From an uncultured Nitrososphaerales archaeon (GTDB lineage Archaea; Thermoproteota; Nitrososphaeria; Nitrososphaerales; Nitrosocaldaceae), in assembly GCA_938030895.1 (NCBI GenBank), contig CALHIV010000006.1:56722-88721 (forward strand): DNA of 32,000 nucleotides. The letters run 5' to 3'. The notes beneath the pieces were generated by a model. It made no database searches and had not been told where the DNA came from. It was given only the letters and a program-made list of their open reading frames with translations. This document shows, in pieces, positions 23,949 to 32,000 of the stretch (its first letter is position 1; every line of letters begins with the position of its first letter). The position numbers and the translations under genes were made by a program.

Positions 23949-25496
23949 CTACGTAGCAACAGTTATTGGTCTCCTATACCTATCTACTATATCATCTGGT
24001 GTTCTACCAAAGAGTTCCTTGCAGAGCCCTCTAAGGTACCTCATTATAGCCCATGTACCAGCCTTTATGAGCATGGTCATGAAGACCTTCATAGCTGGTC
24101 CATAGGTCTTGTTTCTAACTATTATTGGTATTATATCGTTTATAACCTTAAGGTTATGCTCCCAGCAACGCCAGAATACGGTGAACTGCATCTCGTTAAG
24201 GTTCCTGAAGTGCATAGAGTTACGCTCGTTGAAGTCTTGGTAGAGTAGTGGTGCTATAAGACCCCTCATCCTCATCGCTATGAGACTCTCTATTAGGTCA
24301 AGGGTATCCCTTGTATCATCTGGACTCTCATCTGGCCAGCCTACTATGAGTGTTAATGCAGGGAACCAGTTGTTCTCATTCAGTATTCTGCAACCTTCCT
24401 TCACAACCCAGGGCCACTCCTCTGGCGAGAATGGCTTTGTCTTCATGCCTAGATGCCTCCTTGCTAACCTTGGAGAACCGGTCTCCAAGCCTAGATTTGT
24501 GGCAAGCCATCTCTCATTACTCATACCATTTATCCTACTCAGTTCTTCTATTAGATCTGGTTTTGCAACTACACCTGAGAGCGTCATATGTGTTGTGCCT
24601 ACGAACCTTGCGCCTAGAGACTTCAAGCCCTGCCAGAGGTATGTTATCGCATCCTTGTTAGGGATGAAGTCCTTGTTATCGCAGCCGTAGAGGAGTATCT
24701 CATCAGATTGGAGCCAGATGCTATCGAAGCCATAATCAAGGTTTATCTTCGCCTCCCTCTGTAGTCTTTCTAGGGGAAAGTCCTTCTTAGATCTCTTGTT
24801 AACATCACAAAAGTCACAGCCCCTCCCGCACCCTCTCATCGCTTCTATTAGCGAGTTGACCGTTGGGCCCTGTATCTCTGGTATGTTATCTATATTCCTC
24901 ACCATCGCATGTACCAATGGCTGTACATTGCCTTGCTCTGCGTCCCTGAATAGATCTACTGCGATCTCATCCGCTTCTCCTATCACTACAGAGTCTATAC
25001 CATGTATCCTCATCCTATCGAGCTTCGCCAACTCCCATGAACCGTTACCTCCAACTAGAACCTTGAAGTTGTACCTCTTCTTCAACTGAATTATATTTGC
25101 ACACATCCTCTTGAACTTCATAGCTATATAGGAGAGCTTCTCTGGACTCATAGTGGTGGTCACTGGGGCCATACCTAGAGGGTCCATGACATTTATACCA
25201 ACTACCTTCGTATCTGGACCTATTGCTTTATAGAGCATATCTGGATGGGCTATGAATACCTCATCCCTTCTGTACTCCTTGAGGAGGGCAGCCTCTATCC
25301 TTCTTAACCCACATTGAGCAACCTTCGCCTCCCCAGTTACTGGATCTGTCTCAACGCTTGGGCAGAAGACCTTATCGAATACCCACTCTGGCACAAGTTC
25401 GTATGGCCCACAGGCTATGAAACCATACAGGAAGTTACCCCTGTAATTTGTTGTTAGGCTTCTATCTGCAGTCAGCACTATGCGCTTACCGCTCAT
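23949..25496 (-). CDS. Radical SAM enzyme with N-terminal B12-binding-like/Rossmann-like domain
   Basis: 515-aa ORF with the CxxxCxxC motif in MRGCGRGCDFCDV and several additional conserved-looking Cys residues. Its size and layout resemble the COG1032-type archaeal radical SAM proteins. Confidence 0.8.
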   Translation of the reverse strand: MSGKRIVLTADRSLTTNYRGNFLYGFIACGPYELVPEWVFDKVFCPSVETDPVTGEAKVAQCGLRRIEAALLKEYRRDEVFIAHPDMLYKAIGPDTKVVGINVMDPLGMAPVTTTMSPEKLSYIAMKFKRMCANIIQLKKRYNFKVLVGGNGSWELAKLDRMRIHGIDSVVIGEADEIAVDLFRDAEQGNVQPLVHAMVRNIDNIPEIQGPTVNSLIEAMRGCGRGCDFCDVNKRSKKDFPLERLQREAKINLDYGFDSIWLQSDEILLYGCDNKDFIPNKDAITYLWQGLKSLGARFVGTTHMTLSGVVAKPDLIEELSRINGMSNERWLATNLGLETGSPRLARRHLGMKTKPFSPEEWPWVVKEGCRILNENNWFPALTLIVGWPDESPDDTRDTLDLIESLIAMRMRGLIAPLLYQDFNERNSMHFRNLNEMQFTVFWRCWEHNLKVINDIIPIIVRNKTYGPAMKVFMTMLIKAGTWAIMRYLRGLCKELFGRTPDDIVDRYRRPITVAT

Positions 25497-25613
25497 CTAT
25501 GCAGATCTTGGCATCATAGTATAAAACTCTTTTTATAGCATTCACATTATGCTTAGTGTTTAATCTACAACCTATAGCGTAAGGGATTAATAGTTATTCG
25601 TGTTATACTTCAT

Positions 25614-26015
25614 ATGCTTAGCAACCATGCTGGTATGGGTGAGGGTAAGGCAAACCTATGGGTATTCCATGAAGAGGTTATGCATGGTGATGAGAGCGTC
25701 GAGGAGTCATGGATAGTTATAGTTGAGAGGAGTAAGTACAGCCTCTTTGGATTCAAGGTTGTACAGGAGAAGAGTTCGATATACCCAGGGTATCCAGGTT
25801 ACGTTACAAATACCATAACAGCATTGGATAGCATCTCTGCTTTAATGGAGATGGAGAGGCTTCAGAGTAAAGATGATGTAGAGCATACAAGGGTTGGAAT
25901 AGGTGATGATGATGCAGATAGATGGTACGATATGTTGGTTGGCCTATCAGATATAACGAGTAGAGTACCGAACCCTGCAAGGGATATACTTAACAGTGTA
26001 GCAACATTACACTAA
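25614..26015 (+). CDS. Hypothetical protein (no recognisable motif)
   Basis: 133-aa ORF with normal composition. It is co-oriented with the next two genes and divergent from the radical SAM gene. The start could instead be the internal ATG at 25635. Confidence 0.4.
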   Translation: MLSNHAGMGEGKANLWVFHEEVMHGDESVEESWIVIVERSKYSLFGFKVVQEKSSIYPGYPGYVTNTITALDSISALMEMERLQSKDDVEHTRVGIGDDDADRWYDMLVGLSDITSRVPNPARDILNSVATLH

Positions 26016-26072
26016 CTATATTTTGTTGCATATATTAGTAAATAATATATCATAGTTGACTAGATTAAGGTT

Positions 26073-26960
26073 ATGGGCAAGACAGAAAGATTCACAGGGC
26101 TCAATGTAGATCTTGAGAGGTTGGCAAATAGGATACAGATGTACTTGCAGGAGAACGGGTTCGAGGTTGCATACTCAAAGGATCCTACTGCTCCACCATC
26201 GTGGTTCTTCATACAGGCTAGGAAGGTAAGTGCTCTAAGGAGTATAGCAGGTGCAAGGAGGAGCACAGACATAACGATAAAGGGCAGACCAGATGACTTT
26301 GAGGTCAGTATAAGCACTGGGGAGTGGGGTAAGAATATGCTCTCATCCGTCCCTCTATTCATAGTACCAATAGTTGGGATAACTGCTACAGTAGCAAAGC
26401 TGTACACTGCAAAGAGTTTCGAATCGAACCTATGGAAGTACATAAAGGATCAGGCTAGGTTCTTGAGCAACAGTGTAGTACAGATAGGCAGAGAGGGTGG
26501 TGAGAGGTTGGATAAGAGGGTTTATGATTGTGATTATGTTGAGGGTTATCCAGGCTGGAGTGAGAGTGTTGAAGGTGGAAAACTCATACTGGAGAGGAGC
26601 AGGGATGGGAGCAATAGGGTATTATTCACATCAGGCAAGGGAGATATAGTGATACCTGCTAGTAGCATACAGCAAGCGCAGATAATAGCAAGGAGGAAAG
26701 GTCTGCATGAACATGACCTCATGATACAGATGGTTGTTAAGCAGAATGGGAAGAGCATAAAGCCTGTATTCAACCTGAGGGATGATATAATCGGTGGTGT
26801 ACTCGCAGGTATAAACGAACTTGTGAGCGAAGAGAGAGCGTTGAAGAGCATAGAACATGCAAGTGTTATAACAGATGTAAGATACTGCATAAAGTGTGGC
26901 GCAGAGATACCAAAGAGTGCAAAGTTCTGCTCGCAGTGTGGTGCACCGCAACCGTCTTAA
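26073..26960 (+). CDS. Hypothetical single-TM protein with a C-terminal zinc ribbon
   Basis: 295-aa ORF with one hydrophobic helix (SSVPLFIVPIVGITATVAKLY) and the C-terminal RYCIKCGAEIPKSAKFCSQCGAP. Confidence 0.55.
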   Translation: MGKTERFTGLNVDLERLANRIQMYLQENGFEVAYSKDPTAPPSWFFIQARKVSALRSIAGARRSTDITIKGRPDDFEVSISTGEWGKNMLSSVPLFIVPIVGITATVAKLYTAKSFESNLWKYIKDQARFLSNSVVQIGREGGERLDKRVYDCDYVEGYPGWSESVEGGKLILERSRDGSNRVLFTSGKGDIVIPASSIQQAQIIARRKGLHEHDLMIQMVVKQNGKSIKPVFNLRDDIIGGVLAGINELVSEERALKSIEHASVITDVRYCIKCGAEIPKSAKFCSQCGAPQPS

Positions 26961-27097
26961 GATCTTTAATCCTCCATAAATCTATAACAATTTTTATTGT
27001 TCTAAAGGTTAGAACAGCGTATACTAATGTTATTTGTATAGTTCTAAAGTATAGGCTTAATCTTGGTGCACGTGTATATAATGGCGAGGGATGACAA

Positions 27098-27913
27098 ATG
27101 GTAAACAGGATGAGCAAGAGGATGATGGGTATTACAGGTATAGGCATAGTATTTGCCCTACTTGCATTCATGGCAGTGCAGTATACAGCAATGGATGCAA
27201 AGGCTGAGGAGCAAGGTAATACAAAAGGTGTAGAGAGGATAGAACTCTCAGTTATGGGGAATGCAACCGAGATGATCAAACCTGATAGAGCTGGTGTAAG
27301 CGTTGTGGTTGAGGTTCAGGAGAAGACAGCGGGAGAAGCAGCAAGGAAGAATGCAGAGATCATGAACCATGTTATAGAGGCTATAAAGGCTATAGGTATA
27401 AGGGAGGAGCAGATAAGCACAGATTACTATACCATATATCCTGTCTATGAGCCTCGTAGCAAGGGTGAAGCATGTATAACGATATATCCTCCATCACCAG
27501 AGTGCTTTGAGCAGGTTCTAGTTGGCTACAAGGCTGTGAACAGCATAACGGTAAGGGTGGAGCTTGATAAGGCACAAGATATAGGTAGGGTTATAGATGC
27601 TGCTGTGAGTGCTGGAGCAAACCGGGTTTATGGAGTGAGTTTCTTCATCTCCCAAGAGAGGCTCGATGCTGCAAAGGCTTCGTTACTAGACAAGGCTGCA
27701 AAGGATGCAAGGAGCAAGGCTGAGAGTGTTGCTAAAGCACTCAACCTGAACGTAGTTGGGGTTAAGAGCGTGGACATAATAGATGGTTACTACCCTGGAC
27801 CAATATACTACAGCCCTGTAAGGGTTGATATGGCAGAGGCAACGACACCGATAATACCAAGTGAGCAGAGTATATCTGCATCTGTGCAGGTAGTATTCTG
27901 GCTGGAGCAATAG
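27098..27913 (+). CDS. Secreted SIMPL/DUF541-domain protein
   Basis: Has a signal/anchor segment (MGITGIGIVFALLAFMAV). The overall pattern (PDRAGVSVVVEV...AARKNAEIMNHVIEAIKAIG...GYKAVNSITVRV...AAKDARSKAESVAKALNLNVVGV) is typical of the DUF541 family. Confidence 0.75.
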   Translation: MVNRMSKRMMGITGIGIVFALLAFMAVQYTAMDAKAEEQGNTKGVERIELSVMGNATEMIKPDRAGVSVVVEVQEKTAGEAARKNAEIMNHVIEAIKAIGIREEQISTDYYTIYPVYEPRSKGEACITIYPPSPECFEQVLVGYKAVNSITVRVELDKAQDIGRVIDAAVSAGANRVYGVSFFISQERLDAAKASLLDKAAKDARSKAESVAKALNLNVVGVKSVDIIDGYYPGPIYYSPVRVDMAEATTPIIPSEQSISASVQVVFWLEQ

Positions 27914-27915
27914 AC

Positions 27916-27945
27916 AGGCTTATAGACAAGCCTTACCCTTTATTT
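27916..27945 (+). terminator. Hairpin aggctt/aagcct (27916-27921 / 27928-27933) followed by a T-rich stretch
   Basis: It begins 3 nt after the SIMPL gene stop and is followed by taccctttatttatt. Confidence 0.35.
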
Positions 27946-28380
27946 ATTGCTGCCTCTACAGGGATCAATGCACCTTTACCATCCTTGCTATACTCCTTAA
28001 CATGTATACCAGGCTCTGCAGTGACGTAACCTACTCCTTGCTTTCATCATCTCTAGGCGAGAAGATGATCTTTCAACTTTTATTCTTGCTATAAAGTCCT
28101 TGTATATACCATACTTAGCGACAACATTTGTAACATCATTCCCACCAGTGTTTGTAATGATTAATGATAACCCTGTATGTGTCAGTGACATTATTATGCT
28201 TAAACGCATCGAGTGCATACTCATAAGTTGTTGTATTCATGTTTGTAAGGAATAAAGCAAACATTACTATGCAGGCAACAGGCATCACGTAGATCAGTGC
28301 CATAGAATGGTTACAACAACAAGATGAGTACTCATTCCATACTTAAAAATATTGAAATATAAGGTCATACAAGGTTAGGC

Positions 28381-29427
28381 ATGCCATTCAAGGTATTCCT
28401 CAATGGCTACGGTACTATAGGGAGGAGGGTTGCTTATGCTCTAGCAAATGATGGAGAGATAGAGTTCATAGGCGTAGGAAAGTACAGTGTAGATGATAGA
28501 GTTAAAGAGGCAAGGGATCAAGGCTATAAGATATTCGTACCAGAGGCAAAGGTGGATGAGTTCAAGAGTAAGGGTTACTCGGTAGAAGGGAGCATAGTGG
28601 ATGCTATAAAGGCTAGCGACCTCATCATAGATGCATCGAAGGATGGACTAGGGTATGAGAATAAGTTGAACTACTATCTGCCATTTAACAAGGCATCTAT
28701 ATTCCAAGGTGGAGAGGATAGATACGGTGAGCATAGCGTTGCTGATATGATACATAACTCAAGGGTGAACTATGAGCAGGCCTTTGGGAGGAGGTATGTT
28801 ATACAGGGGAGTTGCAATGTAACTGGCTTGGGAAGGATAATGCAGCCATTGATAGAGCGTTATGGGAATGAGATAGTAAGGTTCGATGCCACGCTGATAA
28901 GGAGATGGGCCGATCTGGAGGATAAGAAGGAGGTGAAGGACTCTATAGAGTGGGATAGAGACCCTCACCATCAGAAGGACGTTGCAGACTTTATTAAGAG
29001 CCACCCACTCTACGTCGATGTATACAAGGTTCCTAGTAGGATGATGCACCTGCACCAGTTGTATGTTAGGTTCAAGAATGGATGCCCAAGCAAAGATTCA
29101 CTATTGGATATGTTTGAGAAGGAATGGGGTGTAGCGCTACTAAGCAATGCCAAGGGTACAGCAGATGTAAGGAAGAAGGCTCTAGAGCTAGGGTTCCCAT
29201 TTGGGGATACTTGTATGGTCCATATACATGTTGATGTATTGAAGGTACAAGGGGATACGTTGAAGATAACCTATTCAGATGATCAGACTGGGATAGTCGC
29301 GCCAGAGAACCATATGCTCATGCAGGCTATGCTCTTCAAGAGGAGTAAGAGGGAAGCGTTGGAGAGGACTGAGAGGATATTCAGGTTGAATGAGAGGAAG
29401 AAGGCTCTAGCAAGCGAATTCGGCTGA
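28381..29427 (+). CDS. gap: Glyceraldehyde-3-phosphate dehydrogenase, archaeal type II
   Basis: 348-aa ORF with N-terminal VFLNGYGTIGRRVA, a catalytic-Cys region GSCNVTGL, and QGGE. Confidence 0.85.
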   Translation: MPFKVFLNGYGTIGRRVAYALANDGEIEFIGVGKYSVDDRVKEARDQGYKIFVPEAKVDEFKSKGYSVEGSIVDAIKASDLIIDASKDGLGYENKLNYYLPFNKASIFQGGEDRYGEHSVADMIHNSRVNYEQAFGRRYVIQGSCNVTGLGRIMQPLIERYGNEIVRFDATLIRRWADLEDKKEVKDSIEWDRDPHHQKDVADFIKSHPLYVDVYKVPSRMMHLHQLYVRFKNGCPSKDSLLDMFEKEWGVALLSNAKGTADVRKKALELGFPFGDTCMVHIHVDVLKVQGDTLKITYSDDQTGIVAPENHMLMQAMLFKRSKREALERTERIFRLNERKKALASEFG

Positions 29428-29509
29428 TCTCTACACTACATTTTTATTATCTCAATATATGAAAAAATAAAAATAAAGAATAAAGAATAAAAATAAAAAG
29501 AAGTGATTG

Positions 29510-30058
29510 CTACTCTATCTTTATGCTCTCTTTACCTCTATTCTCTCTACCCTGATCATATCCGTTCTTCTCTTCATGCTTACTCTCGCTCTCATCTAAC
29601 TTCTTCAGTTGGGCCATAAGGAACTCTCTATACCTCTCCCTCTCTTGCTGTGTCATCTTGTCTATGTTTGCTGCAAGCATAGATCCTAGGGAGGTTATCC
29701 TCTCCAGCAGGTCTTTTGCGATGAACATGCTTAGTGTGCTGAAGTGCATCATGACATCCAACTGCTTCCTAACTATGCCTTGAATAACATTGATATCTCC
29801 TAGAAGAGCCTTGCCCTTACCAGTTATCCTATACCTTCCATGGTCATCCTCCTCTATCAGCCCCTCTTGGAGTAGTTTACCAAGCAGTGGATAGACCAGT
29901 CCTGGAGATGGTTTCCATAGATTGTTGCTCCTCTTCGCTGCCTCCTCCATTATCTCCTTCCCTGTCATAGGTCTCTCACTCAGTAGGCTTAATACATAGT
30001 ACCTTGAGAAGCCCTTTGGTACAGCTCCACTTATCCTCTGCAGCCATTCTGATATCAT
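29510..30058 (-). CDS. PadR-family transcriptional regulator
   Basis: YYVLSLLSERPMTGKEIMEEAAKRSNNLWKPSPGLVYPLLGKLLQEGLIEE matches the PadR wHTH pattern. A C-terminal coiled coil follows. Confidence 0.8.
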   Translation of the reverse strand: MISEWLQRISGAVPKGFSRYYVLSLLSERPMTGKEIMEEAAKRSNNLWKPSPGLVYPLLGKLLQEGLIEEDDHGRYRITGKGKALLGDINVIQGIVRKQLDVMMHFSTLSMFIAKDLLERITSLGSMLAANIDKMTQQERERYREFLMAQLKKLDESESKHEEKNGYDQGRENRGKESIKIE

Positions 30059-30152
30059 ATCGCTAGTGATATCGCATGCGATACATATAAGTGTTTTGTA
30101 ATGCTTAATCCCATAATGAAAGGTTATCTTGCTCTTCTACTCATCAATCTGT

Positions 30153-30815
30153 ATGGAAGCAAAGAGTGTAAGGATAGATGTTGGCAGTAGAGAAGGGAAA
30201 GATGGGTTCATCGAAGGGGATCTGGCTCTCTCATCGCGTAAAGAGTGTATGGTTGTATTTGCGCATGGCTCTGGCAGTTCAAGGTTCAGCCCAAGGAATA
30301 GGTTTGTAGCAGGTGTACTACACGATGCTGGGTTAAGCACGCTGCTGCTAGATCTACTAACTAGAGAGGAGGAGGAGATAGACTCTATAACTGCTAGGTA
30401 TAGGTTTGATATCGAGTTGCTAGCATCAAGGCTTGTAGATGCCGTGAGATGGCTTGAAGGGGAGTATGGGAGCAGTCTAAGGATAGGTTACTTCGGCTCA
30501 AGTACTGGTGCTGCAGCTGCACTCATAGCATATGCTAGATACCCAGATGATGTAAGGGCTATAGTCTCAAGGGGAGGAAGGGTTGATCTTGCTGCCAACT
30601 ACATTCAGAGCGTAAAGGTACCAACACTACTCATAGTTGGGGGTAAAGATACTCTAGTACTAAGGTTGAACAGAGAGGCTATGCATATCTTCCCTAGAGA
30701 TTGCATGGTTAGGCTTGAGGTTATACCAGATGCCACGCATCTATTCGAGGAGCCAAATGCGCTTGAGCAGGTAGCATATAAGGCTAGGGACTGGTTCCTT
30801 GAGCATCTCCCATGA
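30153..30815 (+). CDS. Alpha/beta hydrolase, dienelactone-hydrolase-like
   Basis: Contains the nucleophile elbow GSSTGAAAAL, plus LIVGGKDT and PDATHLFEEP (the His of the triad). I prefer the ATG at 30153 over the TTG at 30129. Confidence 0.75.
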   Translation: MEAKSVRIDVGSREGKDGFIEGDLALSSRKECMVVFAHGSGSSRFSPRNRFVAGVLHDAGLSTLLLDLLTREEEEIDSITARYRFDIELLASRLVDAVRWLEGEYGSSLRIGYFGSSTGAAAALIAYARYPDDVRAIVSRGGRVDLAANYIQSVKVPTLLIVGGKDTLVLRLNREAMHIFPRDCMVRLEVIPDATHLFEEPNALEQVAYKARDWFLEHLP

Positions 30816-30864
30816 TAGAATGTATAGATGATGCTTTAAATAGCAGGCTACTGATGTTAGCATC

Positions 30865-31011
30865 ATGAGAGTACTCGATCCAGTCTGTGGTATAGAACTG
30901 GATGATGATCTTGCAGTTACAGCAGAGTATGAGGGGAAGGTGTACCACTTCTGCTGTGATGGGTGCAAGAAGATATTCCTTAAGAACCCAAAGAAGTACA
31001 GAAGCAGGTGA
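30865..31011 (+). CDS. YHS/TRASH-domain small metal-binding protein (48 aa)
   Basis: Hand translation gives MRVLDPVCGIELDDDLAVTAEYEGKVYHFCCDGCKKIFLKNPKKYRSR. The DPVCG...Y.G..Y.FC...C...F...P..Y pattern matches YHS domains. It is below the ORF-track length cut-off. Confidence 0.65.
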   Translation: MRVLDPVCGIELDDDLAVTAEYEGKVYHFCCDGCKKIFLKNPKKYRSR

Positions 31012-31053
31012 GATTATGAGGAAGGTGTAGACTCTATATAGTGTCTGATAATA

Positions 31054-31587
31054 ATGAATGATATGATAGTGAACAATGTAGATCTAAGCAAGGTCTCAGC
31101 GTTAATAGAAGAAGGGAAGAAGGATAGAAGTGTATTGAGGAAGATCATCAAGCTTGAGGGCGAATGGATACTCGATGAGAGCAAGGGCTTCCAATTCAGG
31201 AGTGAGATGGCCTATGAGAAGGGTAAGCAAGTGCTGGAGATAGACAGCCCAACATGGCTTGGGGGTCAAGGCAATAGACTCGGGCCTATGGCATACTGTA
31301 TAGCAGGGTTAACATCATGCTTCATAGCAACATTCGCAAGTGTAGCAGCGAGCAAGGGTATAAGGCTCAAGAGGCTTAGGGTATCATCCAACTGCACAGT
31401 GAACTTCGCAAAGACCCTTGATGTTGCAGATGAACCAATAACAGAGAGCATAAACTTTGATGTTGATGCAGAGGCTGAGAATGCAGACAGGGCTGAACTC
31501 GAGGAGGTTCTCAGGCTAGCAAGGGAGCGTTGCCCAGCAGTGTACAGTATGGAGCATCTGATAAAGGTTAATACAGTACTAAAGTAA
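31054..31587 (+). CDS. OsmC/Ohr-family protein
   Basis: 177-aa ORF containing GPMAYCIAGLTSCFIATF and ERCPAVYSM, the two conserved Cys regions of OsmC-like proteins. Confidence 0.8.
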   Translation: MNDMIVNNVDLSKVSALIEEGKKDRSVLRKIIKLEGEWILDESKGFQFRSEMAYEKGKQVLEIDSPTWLGGQGNRLGPMAYCIAGLTSCFIATFASVAASKGIRLKRLRVSSNCTVNFAKTLDVADEPITESINFDVDAEAENADRAELEEVLRLARERCPAVYSMEHLIKVNTVLK

Positions 31588-31702
31588 CCGATCTAACTCA
31601 TACCATAATTATCTTCTTTTCTTTTACTTCATATCTCTGGGGTTTGTCAGCAGTTCTTAGATAGCTAACTTTATATATCATCTCTTACCATTTATTTACA
31701 TA

Positions 31703-31861
31703 ATGACAGAGAGGTTGCTGACGCTTAACGAGGCTTGTAAAAGGCTGGGTATTCATCCAAACACACTTAGGAAGTGGGATAGGCAAGGGAAGATACGTGT
31801 TATTAGAACTGTTGTGACAGAATGGGTGGTTGAAGGTGTCAAGCAACTTGTTGTTAACTGA
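31703..31861 (+). pseudogene. Truncated IS607-type transposase (TnpA): only the MerR-like HTH is left and the serine-recombinase domain is missing
   Basis: Hand translation gives MTERLLTLNEACKRLGIHPNTLRKWDRQGKIRVIRT, followed by 16 unrelated residues and a stop. Intact IS607 TnpA proteins continue into a resolvase-type catalytic domain of roughly 140 aa. Confidence 0.55.
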
Positions 31862-32000
31862 AACATGCAAGTTTAAACTTGAACCTAGTGAAGAGCAAAA
31901 GGCATTACTGAAGGAGCTCTTCGAAGCATATAAGTGCATGGTTAAAGAGTGTCTAGATAAAGCTGTAAAGGCGAATATAACCTCTAGGAAGAGATTGCAT
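31851..32000 (+). CDS. tnpB: TnpB (IS605/IS607 OrfB-type, RNA-guided nuclease family), N-terminal 50 codons; continues beyond the window
   Basis: The frame is open from 31818 and has no in-frame ATG. The TTG at 31851 gives (M)LTETCKFKLEPSEEQKALLKELFEAYKCMVKECLDKAVKANITSRKRLH. The KFKL.P..EQ...L pattern is the typical TnpB N-terminus. It overlaps the stub ORF by 11 nt. Confidence 0.55.
   Translation, partial: MLTETCKFKLEPSEEQKALLKELFEAYKCMVKECLDKAVKANITSRKRLH

Noticed and set aside
26060-27279. Minus-strand ORFs 26060-26443, 26546-26890, 26631-26951 and 26866-27279
   Set aside because: They are mutually overlapping antisense frames opposite the 26073-26960 gene and the SIMPL gene start. The plus-strand genes have coherent domain features (TM, zinc ribbon, signal peptide).
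31685-31939. 84-aa minus-strand ORF at the right edge
   Set aside because: It lies antisense to the recognisable IS607-type HTH and the TnpB N-terminus, and it has no motif.
1-32000. Search for a recognisable defence or other multi-gene accessory system (Cas, restriction-modification, toxin-antitoxin, Argonaute, retron/RT, STAND NTPases)
   Set aside because: None of the ORFs shows the hallmark motifs of these families by eye. Apart from the IS remnant, the window is dominated by core informational and metabolic genes, so I make no such claim.

Overview
This is an AT-rich archaeal chromosomal segment with AGG/ATA-rich codon usage. Three markers suggest Nitrososphaerota/Thaumarchaeota-like ancestry (inference): a single unsplit rpoA ORF, a PEFG-type C-terminal sorting signal, and many genes with an A/T box about 25 bp upstream of the ATG (leaderless-type architecture). 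The content is mostly housekeeping. (1) Minus strand, 1-5525: the tail of the ribosomal spc-like cluster (uL18-uS5-uL30, then uL15-secY-adk-DUF106 insertase-cmk). (2) Plus strand, 5989-9876: SWIM protein, bcp, purD, tatA, gdhA. (3) Minus strand, 10526-13480: a wHTH/Met-rich membrane protein, an IscA-type Fe-S carrier, enoyl-CoA hydratase and a glutaminase-less Asn-synthase-like ATPase, with a divergent HTH regulator. (4) Two DUF131-like membrane proteins. (5) The RNA polymerase operon rpoH-rpoB-rpoA(fused)-eL30 at 14881-22719. (6) A PEFG-CTERM surface protein, a radical SAM enzyme, and three uncharacterised plus-strand genes ending in a SIMPL/DUF541 protein. (7) Archaeal GAPDH and a PadR/hydrolase/YHS/OsmC stress cluster. 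(8) At the right edge, a decayed IS607-type element (MerR-HTH stub plus the start of tnpB). I recognised no rRNA, tRNA or CRISPR array, and I see no clear multi-gene defence-type system. The best candidate for something undescribed is a ~230-nt GC-rich, heavily self-complementary element with its own promoter-like boxes in the 650-bp ORF-free gap at 9877-10525. By eye it fits none of the standard archaeal RNA families. Secondary curiosities are a perfectly centred palindromic TATA box between two divergent genes, a tandem duplication of the rpoB-stop/rpoA-start junction, a Zn-finger fusion to a DUF131-like membrane protein, and an insertion inside the DUF106 insertase homolog. All functional calls rest on motif recognition by eye; no searches were run.
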